Part shown: positions 44,834 to 52,922 of the stretch, one piece after another
Position numbering within the stretch: position 1 is the first letter of the stretch
Layout of the letters: each line of letters opens with the position of its first letter
Assembly (NCBI GenBank): GCA_039818205.1
Contig: JBCBUK010000002.1
Span: 480,001 to 544,000 of the forward strand
Length of the DNA: 64,000 nt
Direction of reading: 5' to 3'
Source: Verrucomicrobiota bacterium
Lineage (GTDB): Bacteria; Verrucomicrobiota; Verrucomicrobiia; Opitutales; Cerasicoccaceae
Translations under genes and position numbers: made by a program
The notes under the pieces: generated by a model
Seen by the model: only the letters and a program-made list of their open reading frames with translations
The model's database searches: none
Told to the model about the DNA's origin: nothing

Positions 44834-46578
44834 TCGTAGAACGACCAGATCGCATCATGTAGGTGACGAAGTGCCTGGCCAGTTTGTGGGCCGGGCACGT
44901 TGAGCAGCTGGCTATCCACGACTGCAATCTGATCGTTTTTAACGGCTGAAAGCTCACGCCAAATCGGATCGCTTTGTAACTGGGCAATGACATCAGCACG
45001 CGCGAGTTCGGCGCCAGCTTCCATTGAGTGGGTCACTACAATGACATCTGGGTCCGCCTCGATGACGGACTCGCGGGACAACTTGGGCCACAAACCTTGC
45101 GCATCCCCAGCAACGTTTTCAGCGCCAGCGAGAGTGATTAGGCTGTCAGCATAGCTATTGGGTCCGGCGGCGAAATCCAGCCGGGGGCTCAATGCGTAGA
45201 GGATTCGTGGCACACGATCGCGATTCTCGACCGATGCCTGAACCGCTTCGCGATCGGCTGTTAGGGAGCCAACTACTTCTTGAGCGAGATCCGTGCTTCC
45301 CAGTGCGTCACTCAGGGTGTTGGCATCGCGGAGAATTCCGTCGTAGCCGTCGTGGTTGCAGACCAACACATCGAGGCCGAGTTCTCGCAAGCGTTCAACA
45401 TGGCGTCGGTCAGCAATGTCTGCGGTAATGATCAAGTCTGGCGCTGCGGCGAGGATCAATTCGTAGGATGGATTTGGGTACACCGCGTAGCGCGCAACTG
45501 CATTGGACGATTCGCCAACTTCGCAATGCTCGGTGACTCCAACTAATCGATCTTCCACCCCGAGGGCATGCATCCATTGCGTCGTGCTTGGAGCCAGGGA
45601 GATAACTCGCATTGGAGTGGAGTGAAGTGTGGTGGCGTCGCCCCGTCCGTCGGTTAGGGTTTTGGGGTAGTCGGATTGATTGGCTTGGGGCGTCTTTTCC
45701 GACTCACTAATGGGGTCGATGATCACCGAAACCGTTTGCCCAACTCGCAGTTGAATGTCGGATGGAATGTTGTGCGGTTTGATCCGAACGGGAAATCGTT
45801 GAGCCAATCGAACCCAGTCAACGGTGGGCTTTACTATGGGTAGTTGAGTATTCTGGTTGCTCGAGCCATCTTCGCGGTAAATGCCCCAGCTGACGCTTTC
45901 AACCTCTCCGTGAAAGGGTTCAAAGAAGTCCCCCATCATGATAATCCGGACGCGATCACCGGGCTGGATCGCCGCGAGATCGGTCTCTTTGAAGTAGGCG
46001 GAGATCCAAAATGAGTTTGCGTCGACGAGCGCCATCAGCGCCTGGCCAGTGGTCACATAGGTGCCTGTGGTCACTTCCAGGTTTGTGATGTATCCGCTCA
46101 CTGGAGCATTGATCTTGGTGTAGCTCAGGTTGAGATTGGCCAATTCGAGCTCGGCTTCGTCGACCGCGATATCGGCAACGGCCTCAACGTATTGGGCCTC
46201 CAGCGATTGAAACTCTTCAAGTGATATCAGCTCTTGTGCTACGAGGTCGCGCCGCCGTTCCACTTCCAACTTGAGGTTTGCCGCAACGGTTTTCGATCGC
46301 TGCAAGGCGGCCTCGGTTCGGTGAACAGCTTTCTCGTAGTCGGTTGGATCGATTTCAAATAGCGGATCACCAACCTCGACCCATTGGTTATCCTTAACGT
46401 AAACCTCGACCATTGGGCCATCGACGCGAGCCGCAATGCCAACGACATAGGCGCGAACCTGTCCATCGCGAGTCCAGGGGTGTTCGTTGTAGAGGTCGTA
46501 AAAACGCCAGCATAGCAGTGCCGCGAAGGCGACCGCGATTAGTGTAAACACAACCTTGAGTAGCCGGGCGAATTTCAT
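44830..46578 (-). CDS. AaeA/HlyD-type membrane fusion protein fused to a BtuF-like (class III) solute-binding domain
   Basis: N-terminal TM, PWTRDGQVRA, V.DNQ.V..GD.LF.IDP, WVRLAQRFPVRI; then YPKTLTDGRG..PMRVISLAPSTT..LVGVTEHC..WPKLSRESVIEADPDVI..SAVKNDQI..PGP. Start ATG overlaps the upstream TGA. Confidence 0.88.
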   Translation of the reverse strand: MKFARLLKVVFTLIAVAFAALLCWRFYDLYNEHPWTRDGQVRAYVVGIAARVDGPMVEVYVKDNQWVEVGDPLFEIDPTDYEKAVHRTEAALQRSKTVAANLKLEVERRRDLVAQELISLEEFQSLEAQYVEAVADIAVDEAELELANLNLSYTKINAPVSGYITNLEVTTGTYVTTGQALMALVDANSFWISAYFKETDLAAIQPGDRVRIIMMGDFFEPFHGEVESVSWGIYREDGSSNQNTQLPIVKPTVDWVRLAQRFPVRIKPHNIPSDIQLRVGQTVSVIIDPISESEKTPQANQSDYPKTLTDGRGDATTLHSTPMRVISLAPSTTQWMHALGVEDRLVGVTEHCEVGESSNAVARYAVYPNPSYELILAAAPDLIITADIADRRHVERLRELGLDVLVCNHDGYDGILRDANTLSDALGSTDLAQEVVGSLTADREAVQASVENRDRVPRILYALSPRLDFAAGPNSYADSLITLAGAENVAGDAQGLWPKLSRESVIEADPDVIVVTHSMEAGAELARADVIAQLQSDPIWRELSAVKNDQIAVVDSQLLNVPGPQTGQALRHLHDAIWSFYD

Positions 46579-46874
46579 CGTGGAAATAAAATGAGTCCCA
46601 AGCCAGCGCTGCAGGCGACCATAAGTGAAAAGAGGAATAGCGGTGGATGCCAAACGAACCGGGTTAGACCGACCATGTCCATCATCCAGGCGACCGCCCA
46701 AGCTAACAGGAACCCACCCGTAACAATCACCAACACAAAGGGTAAATAGAATCCCAGCACGTCGATCTCGGGGTCCAGGTAGGGGCCGTGGTCAAACAAT
46801 GCGAGGGGGAGGGCGGCGCAAGAAAAACGCCGGATGTCTGTCTTTTCAAAAAACTTTGCCAAGAAGCGACCCAT
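46575..46874 (-). CDS. DUF1656 (AaeX-like) small membrane protein; start uncertain
   Basis: EIDVLGFYLP...GLTRFVWHPPLF signature; ATGA coupling to the adaptor gene. Confidence 0.82.
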   Translation of the reverse strand: MGRFLAKFFEKTDIRRFSCAALPLALFDHGPYLDPEIDVLGFYLPFVLVIVTGGFLLAWAVAWMMDMVGLTRFVWHPPLFLFSLMVACSAGLGLILFPR

Positions 46875-46930
46875 CAACGCCTTGTGATTGCAAAGATTTC
46901 TTCTAGAGATGACAATCTTCTTTCGAGGCC

Positions 46931-49147
46931 ATGCTGAGTCCAGCTCAACTGCAATTGCTGACTGCATTTAAGACGGCGCTCGCCGTCATCATTGCCCTGG
47001 GTATCGCCATGGCGCTCAACTGGGAGCGCCCCTATTGGACGGGGATTACGGCAATGATCGTGTTCTTGCCCTACGTGGGCGCCGCGCTGGAGAAGTGTTT
47101 GCTACGGATCTTGGGGACCGTTGCGGCCGGCGTCGGCGCGTATTTGTTGACTGGTTTTTTTGAGCAGGAACAATTTTGGATGACAATTGCCTTGTTCGTG
47201 CTGCTTGTTGGAACTGGCTATGGGGCAATGGGGAAGGTCTATCCTTATTTCTTTATGCTGGGTGGAATCACCCTGTGCATTATCGTTGGCCAAACGGTTG
47301 AGTATCCCGAGCGCCTCTGGCACCTCGTCCTCTACCGAACGCTGGAGGTCGGTCTCGGAGTGGTGGTCGCGATGGCGGTAAATAGTTTAGTTTTCCCACA
47401 GCGAGCATCAAACGCTTTGCGTCACAAAGTTTCAGAGACTTTGACAGATTGCCGTGACTTAATGCTTATTGCTGCCGAGCACTACATGGATGATGCGCCG
47501 TTACCAGAAGGTCTCGATGATAAAGAGCAAAAAATTGCCGCTAAGTTCCCGGGGCTCGTTGCGCTCATGAACTCCGCCCTGCGTGATAGTAGTCGATTGC
47601 TCAACCATCAACGCGCGGCTGAAGAGATGATCCGTGAGACGCGGCAGTGTTTCGTGGCCACCGTGACGAGCCTGCGAGCGTCGGCCAGTGAGGTGCAACG
47701 GAAGTTGCAAAGCGAAATGAAAGACGAGTTGCGATCCTATGTCGATGCGCTACTCAAGGATCTCAACCACGTGATCGACGATCTGAGCGCCGATCGTCCC
47801 GTTCGCAAGTTAGTTGATTGCCATGAGGCGAGAGACGCTTTGGAATCCAAAGTTATTCAGTTGCGAGCGTCGGGAAAGACTTTCAGCTATCCGCTGGAAG
47901 ATGTTTCGAACTTCTTCGCTTTTATTGGTGATCTAGACTCCTTGCGCGAAGCGATGGTTCGATTGGCGGTTGCTGATCGAACGCTCTATCGCGATGTCGA
48001 GGCCAGTGAGATGCCAGATCGTGTCGTATGCGAGCCCCGCGAATGGCGAATGGATATTCGCCGATTGCAACACGGCATTAAGGTTGGGATTGCCTGCTTG
48101 GTCTCATTGTATGCCTACCTCTGGTTGCAGTGGCCCTCGGGGGCGACAGCTTTTGTTACCGCTGCAATTGTGATTCAGGTTTCAATTTCCGCGAGCAATC
48201 ACAAATCGATGCTACGCCTGGGCGGGTGCTTGCTGGGGGGCGTCTGCGGTGCCTTTACCCTGGGTTTCCTGGAAAGCCATTTCGAAACCTACGAGGCCTA
48301 CGCGATCCCGCTGTTCGCAATATTTTTTCTCTTCGCGTGGATCAACAATGGTCCGCAGAAGTATGCCTATGCGGGATTTCAGGCGCATTTGGCTTTTCTC
48401 CTGATGACAACGATTTCACCTGAGCAAAGTGTTGATCTAGAGGCCGGTTTTCAGCGTTTCATGGGGATTCTACTGGGGGTCTTTATTGCGGCCGTTGTGC
48501 AGCGCCTGATTTGGCCCGTGATTCCGGAGCGAGAATTTCGGCATGACATTGCTCTATTTTTTGAGCGAGGCACCACATTTTTGCATGATCAAGACGCCCG
48601 AATTGCCCACCAGCAAACGGAAGGAGAAGCCCGGGATCAGGAGAAGGAGTTGGCCGGCATCGAGTATCTGCCAGCGAAGACACTTGATTGGTTAGGTCAG
48701 ATTGGTTTCACGGATCGAGAGGAGGAAGAAAAGCACCAATTCACGCAGACGTTTCTTCATGTGCAATCGATTGCATTCGCACTGCGAGGCATGGCGCAGG
48801 CCAACGCTCGACAGCTCCACCCAGAAGTCCTAGCGGGAATCAAGGACGAGCTCGTTACCTTGGATCATGCCTTGGCGGATGCGTTGGACCGGTGCCACGC
48901 TGCATTTGTTGATAACGAGCGCTTCGAGGCAGGAGCGGGCCTGCATGATGCCGTTCTAAAGCTGGAAGCTCGGCTGACGGAGCTTTCCCGCGTAAAGCAC
49001 GCAACTCGCGCTCTGACCGGTCAGGAACTTGGTAGTTTCCTGGCGCTCGTTCGCCGTTATCGCGAATTGACCTCTCTCATTTCCGCCTGCGAAAAACATA
49101 CCGCGCAACTGAACTTCAAAGCCCTTGAGCGCACCGAGTTTTTCTAG
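46931..49147 (+). CDS. FUSC / AaeB-like aromatic acid exporter family inner-membrane protein
   Basis: AFKTALA..PYWTGITA..RILGT; internal repeat HGIKVG..RLGGCLLG..RFMGILLG..IWP. Confidence 0.88.
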   Translation: MLSPAQLQLLTAFKTALAVIIALGIAMALNWERPYWTGITAMIVFLPYVGAALEKCLLRILGTVAAGVGAYLLTGFFEQEQFWMTIALFVLLVGTGYGAMGKVYPYFFMLGGITLCIIVGQTVEYPERLWHLVLYRTLEVGLGVVVAMAVNSLVFPQRASNALRHKVSETLTDCRDLMLIAAEHYMDDAPLPEGLDDKEQKIAAKFPGLVALMNSALRDSSRLLNHQRAAEEMIRETRQCFVATVTSLRASASEVQRKLQSEMKDELRSYVDALLKDLNHVIDDLSADRPVRKLVDCHEARDALESKVIQLRASGKTFSYPLEDVSNFFAFIGDLDSLREAMVRLAVADRTLYRDVEASEMPDRVVCEPREWRMDIRRLQHGIKVGIACLVSLYAYLWLQWPSGATAFVTAAIVIQVSISASNHKSMLRLGGCLLGGVCGAFTLGFLESHFETYEAYAIPLFAIFFLFAWINNGPQKYAYAGFQAHLAFLLMTTISPEQSVDLEAGFQRFMGILLGVFIAAVVQRLIWPVIPEREFRHDIALFFERGTTFLHDQDARIAHQQTEGEARDQEKELAGIEYLPAKTLDWLGQIGFTDREEEEKHQFTQTFLHVQSIAFALRGMAQANARQLHPEVLAGIKDELVTLDHALADALDRCHAAFVDNERFEAGAGLHDAVLKLEARLTELSRVKHATRALTGQELGSFLALVRRYRELTSLISACEKHTAQLNFKALERTEFF

Positions 49148-49347
49148 TCCTTTGAAGCGGTGTTATTGCTCCGCTTCCTCTGGATCATAAAGCGACGTAG
49201 TGCGTAGACGATTAAGATGAGAAACACGGCAGCGAATACGCTACTGCTTTCACTCGTTTCTTCGTCACTAATCATGCTGATACACAGGGCGATCAGTAAA
49301 ATCGCGCCGAATAGACTAAGCCCAATCTTTACCCAATGTGCCGACAT
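49144..49347 (-). CDS. Small 2-TM hypothetical protein
   Basis: Follows ispF by 5 nt with GGAG upstream; two hydrophobic helices. Confidence 0.6.
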   Translation of the reverse strand: MSAHWVKIGLSLFGAILLIALCISMISDEETSESSSVFAAVFLILIVYALRRFMIQRKRSNNTASKD

Positions 49348-49352
49348 CTCCG

Positions 49353-49844
49353 TTAGGCCGACTCCCGCATGAGCAGGCAGGTCGCGTAGGCCGCAATACC
49401 GGCGCCCCGGCCGATGTCACCAATCTTTTCATTGGTAGTTGCCTTGAGCCCGACTTCGCTCGGCGCAACGCCAAGACTGTCGGCGAGTACCGCTTTCATC
49501 TTGTCCAGATGCGGTGCGATCTTGGGTTCTTCGGCCACGAGGGCGATATCGACGTTGCCGACGACGTAACCGCGCTGCTTGGCTTCGGTTACCGCACGGC
49601 GCAATATGTCCTGCGAATCCATGCCTTTGCAGGCGGGGTCATCATTCGGGAAAAAGTGGCCGATGTCCGGGAGGCCCAGGGCGCCCAGGACGGCATCCGC
49701 CAGCGCATGGGTTAGGCAGTCGGCATCTGAGTGGCCGTCGAGACCCTTGTCGTGGGGGATTTCTACGCCGCCCAGAACGAGGCGGCGCCCCGAAGCGAAC
49801 TGATGGATGTCGTAGCCGAGGCCAATGCGAAAAGGAAGACTCAT
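49353..49844 (-). CDS. ispF: 2-C-methyl-D-erythritol 2,4-cyclodiphosphate synthase
   Basis: RIGLGYDIH, GHSDAD, DIGHFFP, KATTNE. Confidence 0.97.
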   Translation of the reverse strand: MSLPFRIGLGYDIHQFASGRRLVLGGVEIPHDKGLDGHSDADCLTHALADAVLGALGLPDIGHFFPNDDPACKGMDSQDILRRAVTEAKQRGYVVGNVDIALVAEEPKIAPHLDKMKAVLADSLGVAPSEVGLKATTNEKIGDIGRGAGIAAYATCLLMRESA

Positions 49845-50554
49845 ACAGGATTTTGGTTCAATAGAAATTCGAGGTAGGGGAGGTCAGCTGGTGTCGTTAA
49901 CTTTGGATTTGGGTGCGGATTCTCGACCAACGTGATTTTGTGGCCCTCTCGGCTGACCGCGGCCGTGTCATCGGTGACCGATTCGTTGTCGAAACGAAGG
50001 CGCCGATAGCAGTCCAGGATCATCTCGCGACCAAACACCTGGGGCGTTTCCATGGCCCAAAGGTTCGATCGTGGAACGTCGCGCAACTGCCGTTGGGTGA
50101 TTTTTTTCTGCGAACCGGGCGCGCGTTTGATTGTATCCGTTACGCGGTGGGCGAGCACGGCCGCCTTGTCTTTGACAACGGTATCGTAAAGTGCCTGGAG
50201 GTTCTCCTTCCGCACGATTGGGCGGGCGCAGTCGTGGATAAATACATAGTCGACAAGTAGTGATGCCTCGCTGATTCCATTGAACACGGAGTCCTGGCGC
50301 TCTTTGCCGCCCGTTGCCCAGGAGACCTGAATCTCTCCCAAATCAATGGTATCGAGCACATCTTGCAGTTGCTGACGTTGTACGTCGTCGCGGTAAACAA
50401 TTACGAATGCATCGAATAATCCACTTTCGATAAATCCATTGACCGAATGCCAGAAGACTGGCTTGCCAGCCAAGGGTGCGAGTACCTTGTCGGCGACTTG
50501 GCCGCGCATGCGGGTTCCGCTACCGCCACAGAGTAGTATAGCTGCGTTTGACAT
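49841..50554 (-). CDS. ispD: 2-C-methyl-D-erythritol 4-phosphate cytidylyltransferase
   Basis: LLCGGSGTRM, GGKERQDSV, IHDCARP, ETPQVF, TDD, KLTTPADL; start at ATG 50554. Confidence 0.95.
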   Translation of the reverse strand: MSNAAILLCGGSGTRMRGQVADKVLAPLAGKPVFWHSVNGFIESGLFDAFVIVYRDDVQRQQLQDVLDTIDLGEIQVSWATGGKERQDSVFNGISEASLLVDYVFIHDCARPIVRKENLQALYDTVVKDKAAVLAHRVTDTIKRAPGSQKKITQRQLRDVPRSNLWAMETPQVFGREMILDCYRRLRFDNESVTDDTAAVSREGHKITLVENPHPNPKLTTPADLPYLEFLLNQNPV

Positions 50555-50642
50555 GGTTATTATCCTCCGAAAGGGACGTAGCATGCGCCGGGCCATGCCG
50601 GGGGCAAGCGCCAACCGTGTTTTTCTCCGACTTTTGTATGCG

Positions 50643-51869
50643 CTAATCATCCTCAGTTTCCAGGTCGGGAATGTGCTGGAAGGCAATCCGCATGGGCGCT
50701 TCCTTCCGGCCATGATGCGCTCCGGCATAGTAAAGTGTTTTTGATCCGTGCTTCTTATTGAGTGCATCCATGGCCGCATCCAGCTTCACATTGCGCGGAT
50801 TGTTCATGTCTTCGAAGAGTGGTGGGGTGTAGTTCTGCTCGGAAACGAGGTCGCCCAGCACAATGCTGACTTTGCTCGGAACTTCTGTGTCTTCCGGAAT
50901 CTCTGCCCAGAGTTCCCGCAAATGCTTGAGAAATATGCGGGACTCCTGTGTCGGGTAAAATCGTGCCTGTCGCCTAAATTTGAAATCGAAGCCTAACTTG
51001 ACGCTGATCTGCAGGCTTCCGGCGTAATGCTCAAGCTTGCGCAGCCGCATTGCGGCTTTCTGGGTCAGCCGATGGATGACCGAGAACGCATTCTCGTGAT
51101 TTCGCATTTTGGGGGCGAGCACATGGGAATGGCTAACCTGTCGCCGAGTTGTTTCTGCGGCGTCGATGATCTCTCCACGCAACTCGGCAAAAAGTCGGTC
51201 GCCTTCCACACTTCCCCAAATGGAATGGAGCTTGGTCCGGCTGCAGGCGTAGAGATCCGTCACCGTGTAGACCTTATGTCGAGCAAGGCGCTTCGCCATT
51301 TGCTTGCCGATTCCATAAAAGTCCCGCAACTGAAGCGCCGCGAGGGGTCCGGGTAGGTTGGCTTGATGCAAAATCGTCAGGCCGCAGGGTTTGTTCATGC
51401 CGCTGCCGATTTTACTAAGCAAAATGTTGGGTCCGACACCTATGGAGCAGGTGACACAGTGGCCGACGGCGGCCGCGATCGCTTGGCGAACTTTTTGCGC
51501 CACGACGCGAGCATCGGCTTCGGTACGCCAATTGGGTGGTAGCTCGCAGAACAGCTCGTCGATCGAACGAACATCCGTTACGGGGATACAGGTTTCGACG
51601 GCTTCGAGGATCTTGTGGTGGTAGTCGACATAATGAGCATGCCCGGCCTCCACGAATTCGATCTTAGGGCAGAGCCAACGGGCCTCGGCGACCGTAGTCC
51701 CAGTTTTTACCCCGAACGCCTTGGCCTCGTAGCTCGCCGCAATGCAGCAGGTGGTATTGGCCAGCATGGGGACAACGCCAACCGGTTTCCCCCGCAACGC
51801 CGGGTCGCGCTGCTGCTCACACGAAGCAAAAAAGGAATCCAGATCGACAAATATATACCGCAAAGACAT
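50643..51869 (-). CDS. dinB: Y-family DNA polymerase (Pol IV/DinB-like)
   Basis: VDLDSFFASCEQ, AASYEAKAFGV, SIDE catalytic motif, KP.G, YGIG. Confidence 0.9.
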   Translation of the reverse strand: MSLRYIFVDLDSFFASCEQQRDPALRGKPVGVVPMLANTTCCIAASYEAKAFGVKTGTTVAEARWLCPKIEFVEAGHAHYVDYHHKILEAVETCIPVTDVRSIDELFCELPPNWRTEADARVVAQKVRQAIAAAVGHCVTCSIGVGPNILLSKIGSGMNKPCGLTILHQANLPGPLAALQLRDFYGIGKQMAKRLARHKVYTVTDLYACSRTKLHSIWGSVEGDRLFAELRGEIIDAAETTRRQVSHSHVLAPKMRNHENAFSVIHRLTQKAAMRLRKLEHYAGSLQISVKLGFDFKFRRQARFYPTQESRIFLKHLRELWAEIPEDTEVPSKVSIVLGDLVSEQNYTPPLFEDMNNPRNVKLDAAMDALNKKHGSKTLYYAGAHHGRKEAPMRIAFQHIPDLETEDD

Positions 51870-51877
51870 GGCTTAAA

Positions 51878-51936
51878 TGAATATTTATACACTAGTATTT
51901 TGAGCACTAATCGCAAGTGTTTTGTTCGAATATTCA
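51878..51936. promoter_or_regulatory. Two 14-bp operator-like sites flanking the dinB promoter (candidate LexA boxes)
   Basis: TGAATATTTATACA (51878-51891) and TGTTCGAATATTCA (51923-51936) are inverted near-copies around TTGCGA-N16-TAGTGT on the minus strand. Confidence 0.55.
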
Positions 51937-52237
51937 AGGTGATTTCGAGATGGTTTTCCAAACCATTGATGGGCAGAAGTTAAATCTGAAATAAAATATA
52001 TTGTAATATTAAATTCCGTGTTCAACCTCGTTCCATGACTGCACAGACGACCGAGTTACTGGGGAAGCGTGCGCTAGGTGTCGCGTGCACGTCGGATTAT
52101 GTCGATTGGGCGACCGAATTGTTGGTGGAGGGCCGACTCCTTCTGATTCGTGAGATGGAGGACGCGCCCGGCAGAATCTTGCCGATGAATGGAGTCATGC
52201 CGGACTAGGCGATGAAGAGCGGTCCGTTTTTGCGAAG

Positions 52238-52492
52238 CTACGCGTCAATGACGACGTCGCCTTTGGGGACGGAGCAGCAAAGCAGGATGTTTCCCGGGTC
52301 GGGTTCGCCGCCGTGGTCATTGGGGTAGTCGACTTCGCCCGAAACTAGTTTTTGTTGGCAGGCGGTGCAATTGCCGATGCGGCAACCGAAGTCGAGATCG
52401 AGCCCTTTGGATTCGGCAAGGTCGAGGATGAACTCCTCGGAGCCGTCCCAGTCAGCCGAGACATTGCTTTTTTGAAAAGTAACTTTAGCCAT
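52238..52492 (-). CDS. 2Fe-2S ferredoxin
   Basis: [10 protein letters not shown]...LLCCSVP; start at ATG 52492. Confidence 0.92.
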   Translation of the reverse strand: MAKVTFQKSNVSADWDGSEEFILDLAESKGLDLDFGCRIGNCTACQQKLVSGEVDYPNDHGGEPDPGNILLCCSVPKGDVVIDA

Positions 52493-52537
52493 GCTTGAAA
52501 CTAATAGAGAGTCCGGTAGCATTTCTCAAGTTGCAGA

Positions 52538-52837
52538 ATGAGTTATTTAGACGAAAACAACCCGGAGGAATCGGTAGAAATGCCAATTGATGGCGTGCTG
52601 GATCTCCACACGTTTGCGCCACGCGAGGTGAAAGAGCTGTTGCCTGCCTATTTCGAGGAGTGCCTGGAGCGCGATATCCTGCAGGTGCGGGTCATCCACG
52701 GAAAGGGCACCGGGCAACTTCGCGAGCTGGTGCATGCTCAATTGCGTAAACTACCGATGGTGAGCCGTTTTGAGCAGGCAGGCGAGAGCGGTGGTGGTTG
52801 GGGGTCGACCATCGTACAGTTGAAGCCGATTTGTTAA
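52538..52837 (+). CDS. Stand-alone Smr domain protein
   Basis: LDLHTF, VIHGKGTGQLR, GGWGSTIV. Confidence 0.92.
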   Translation: MSYLDENNPEESVEMPIDGVLDLHTFAPREVKELLPAYFEECLERDILQVRVIHGKGTGQLRELVHAQLRKLPMVSRFEQAGESGGGWGSTIVQLKPIC

Positions 52838-52922
52838 GAATCAAAGATTAACCTCAGGCTGAGCTTTTAAGCTTGGAAAGTCGGCAACTGGCTGATTATC
52901 TTAAGGTTAACCAACCCCGACA

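Noticed and set aside
50555..50779. N-terminal extension of the ispD ORF (likewise the longer starts at 3057, 6253, 46701, 46967 and 52522)
   Set aside because: These extensions overlap neighbouring genes or promoters and precede the conserved N-terminal motif or signal peptide; downstream ATGs were chosen.
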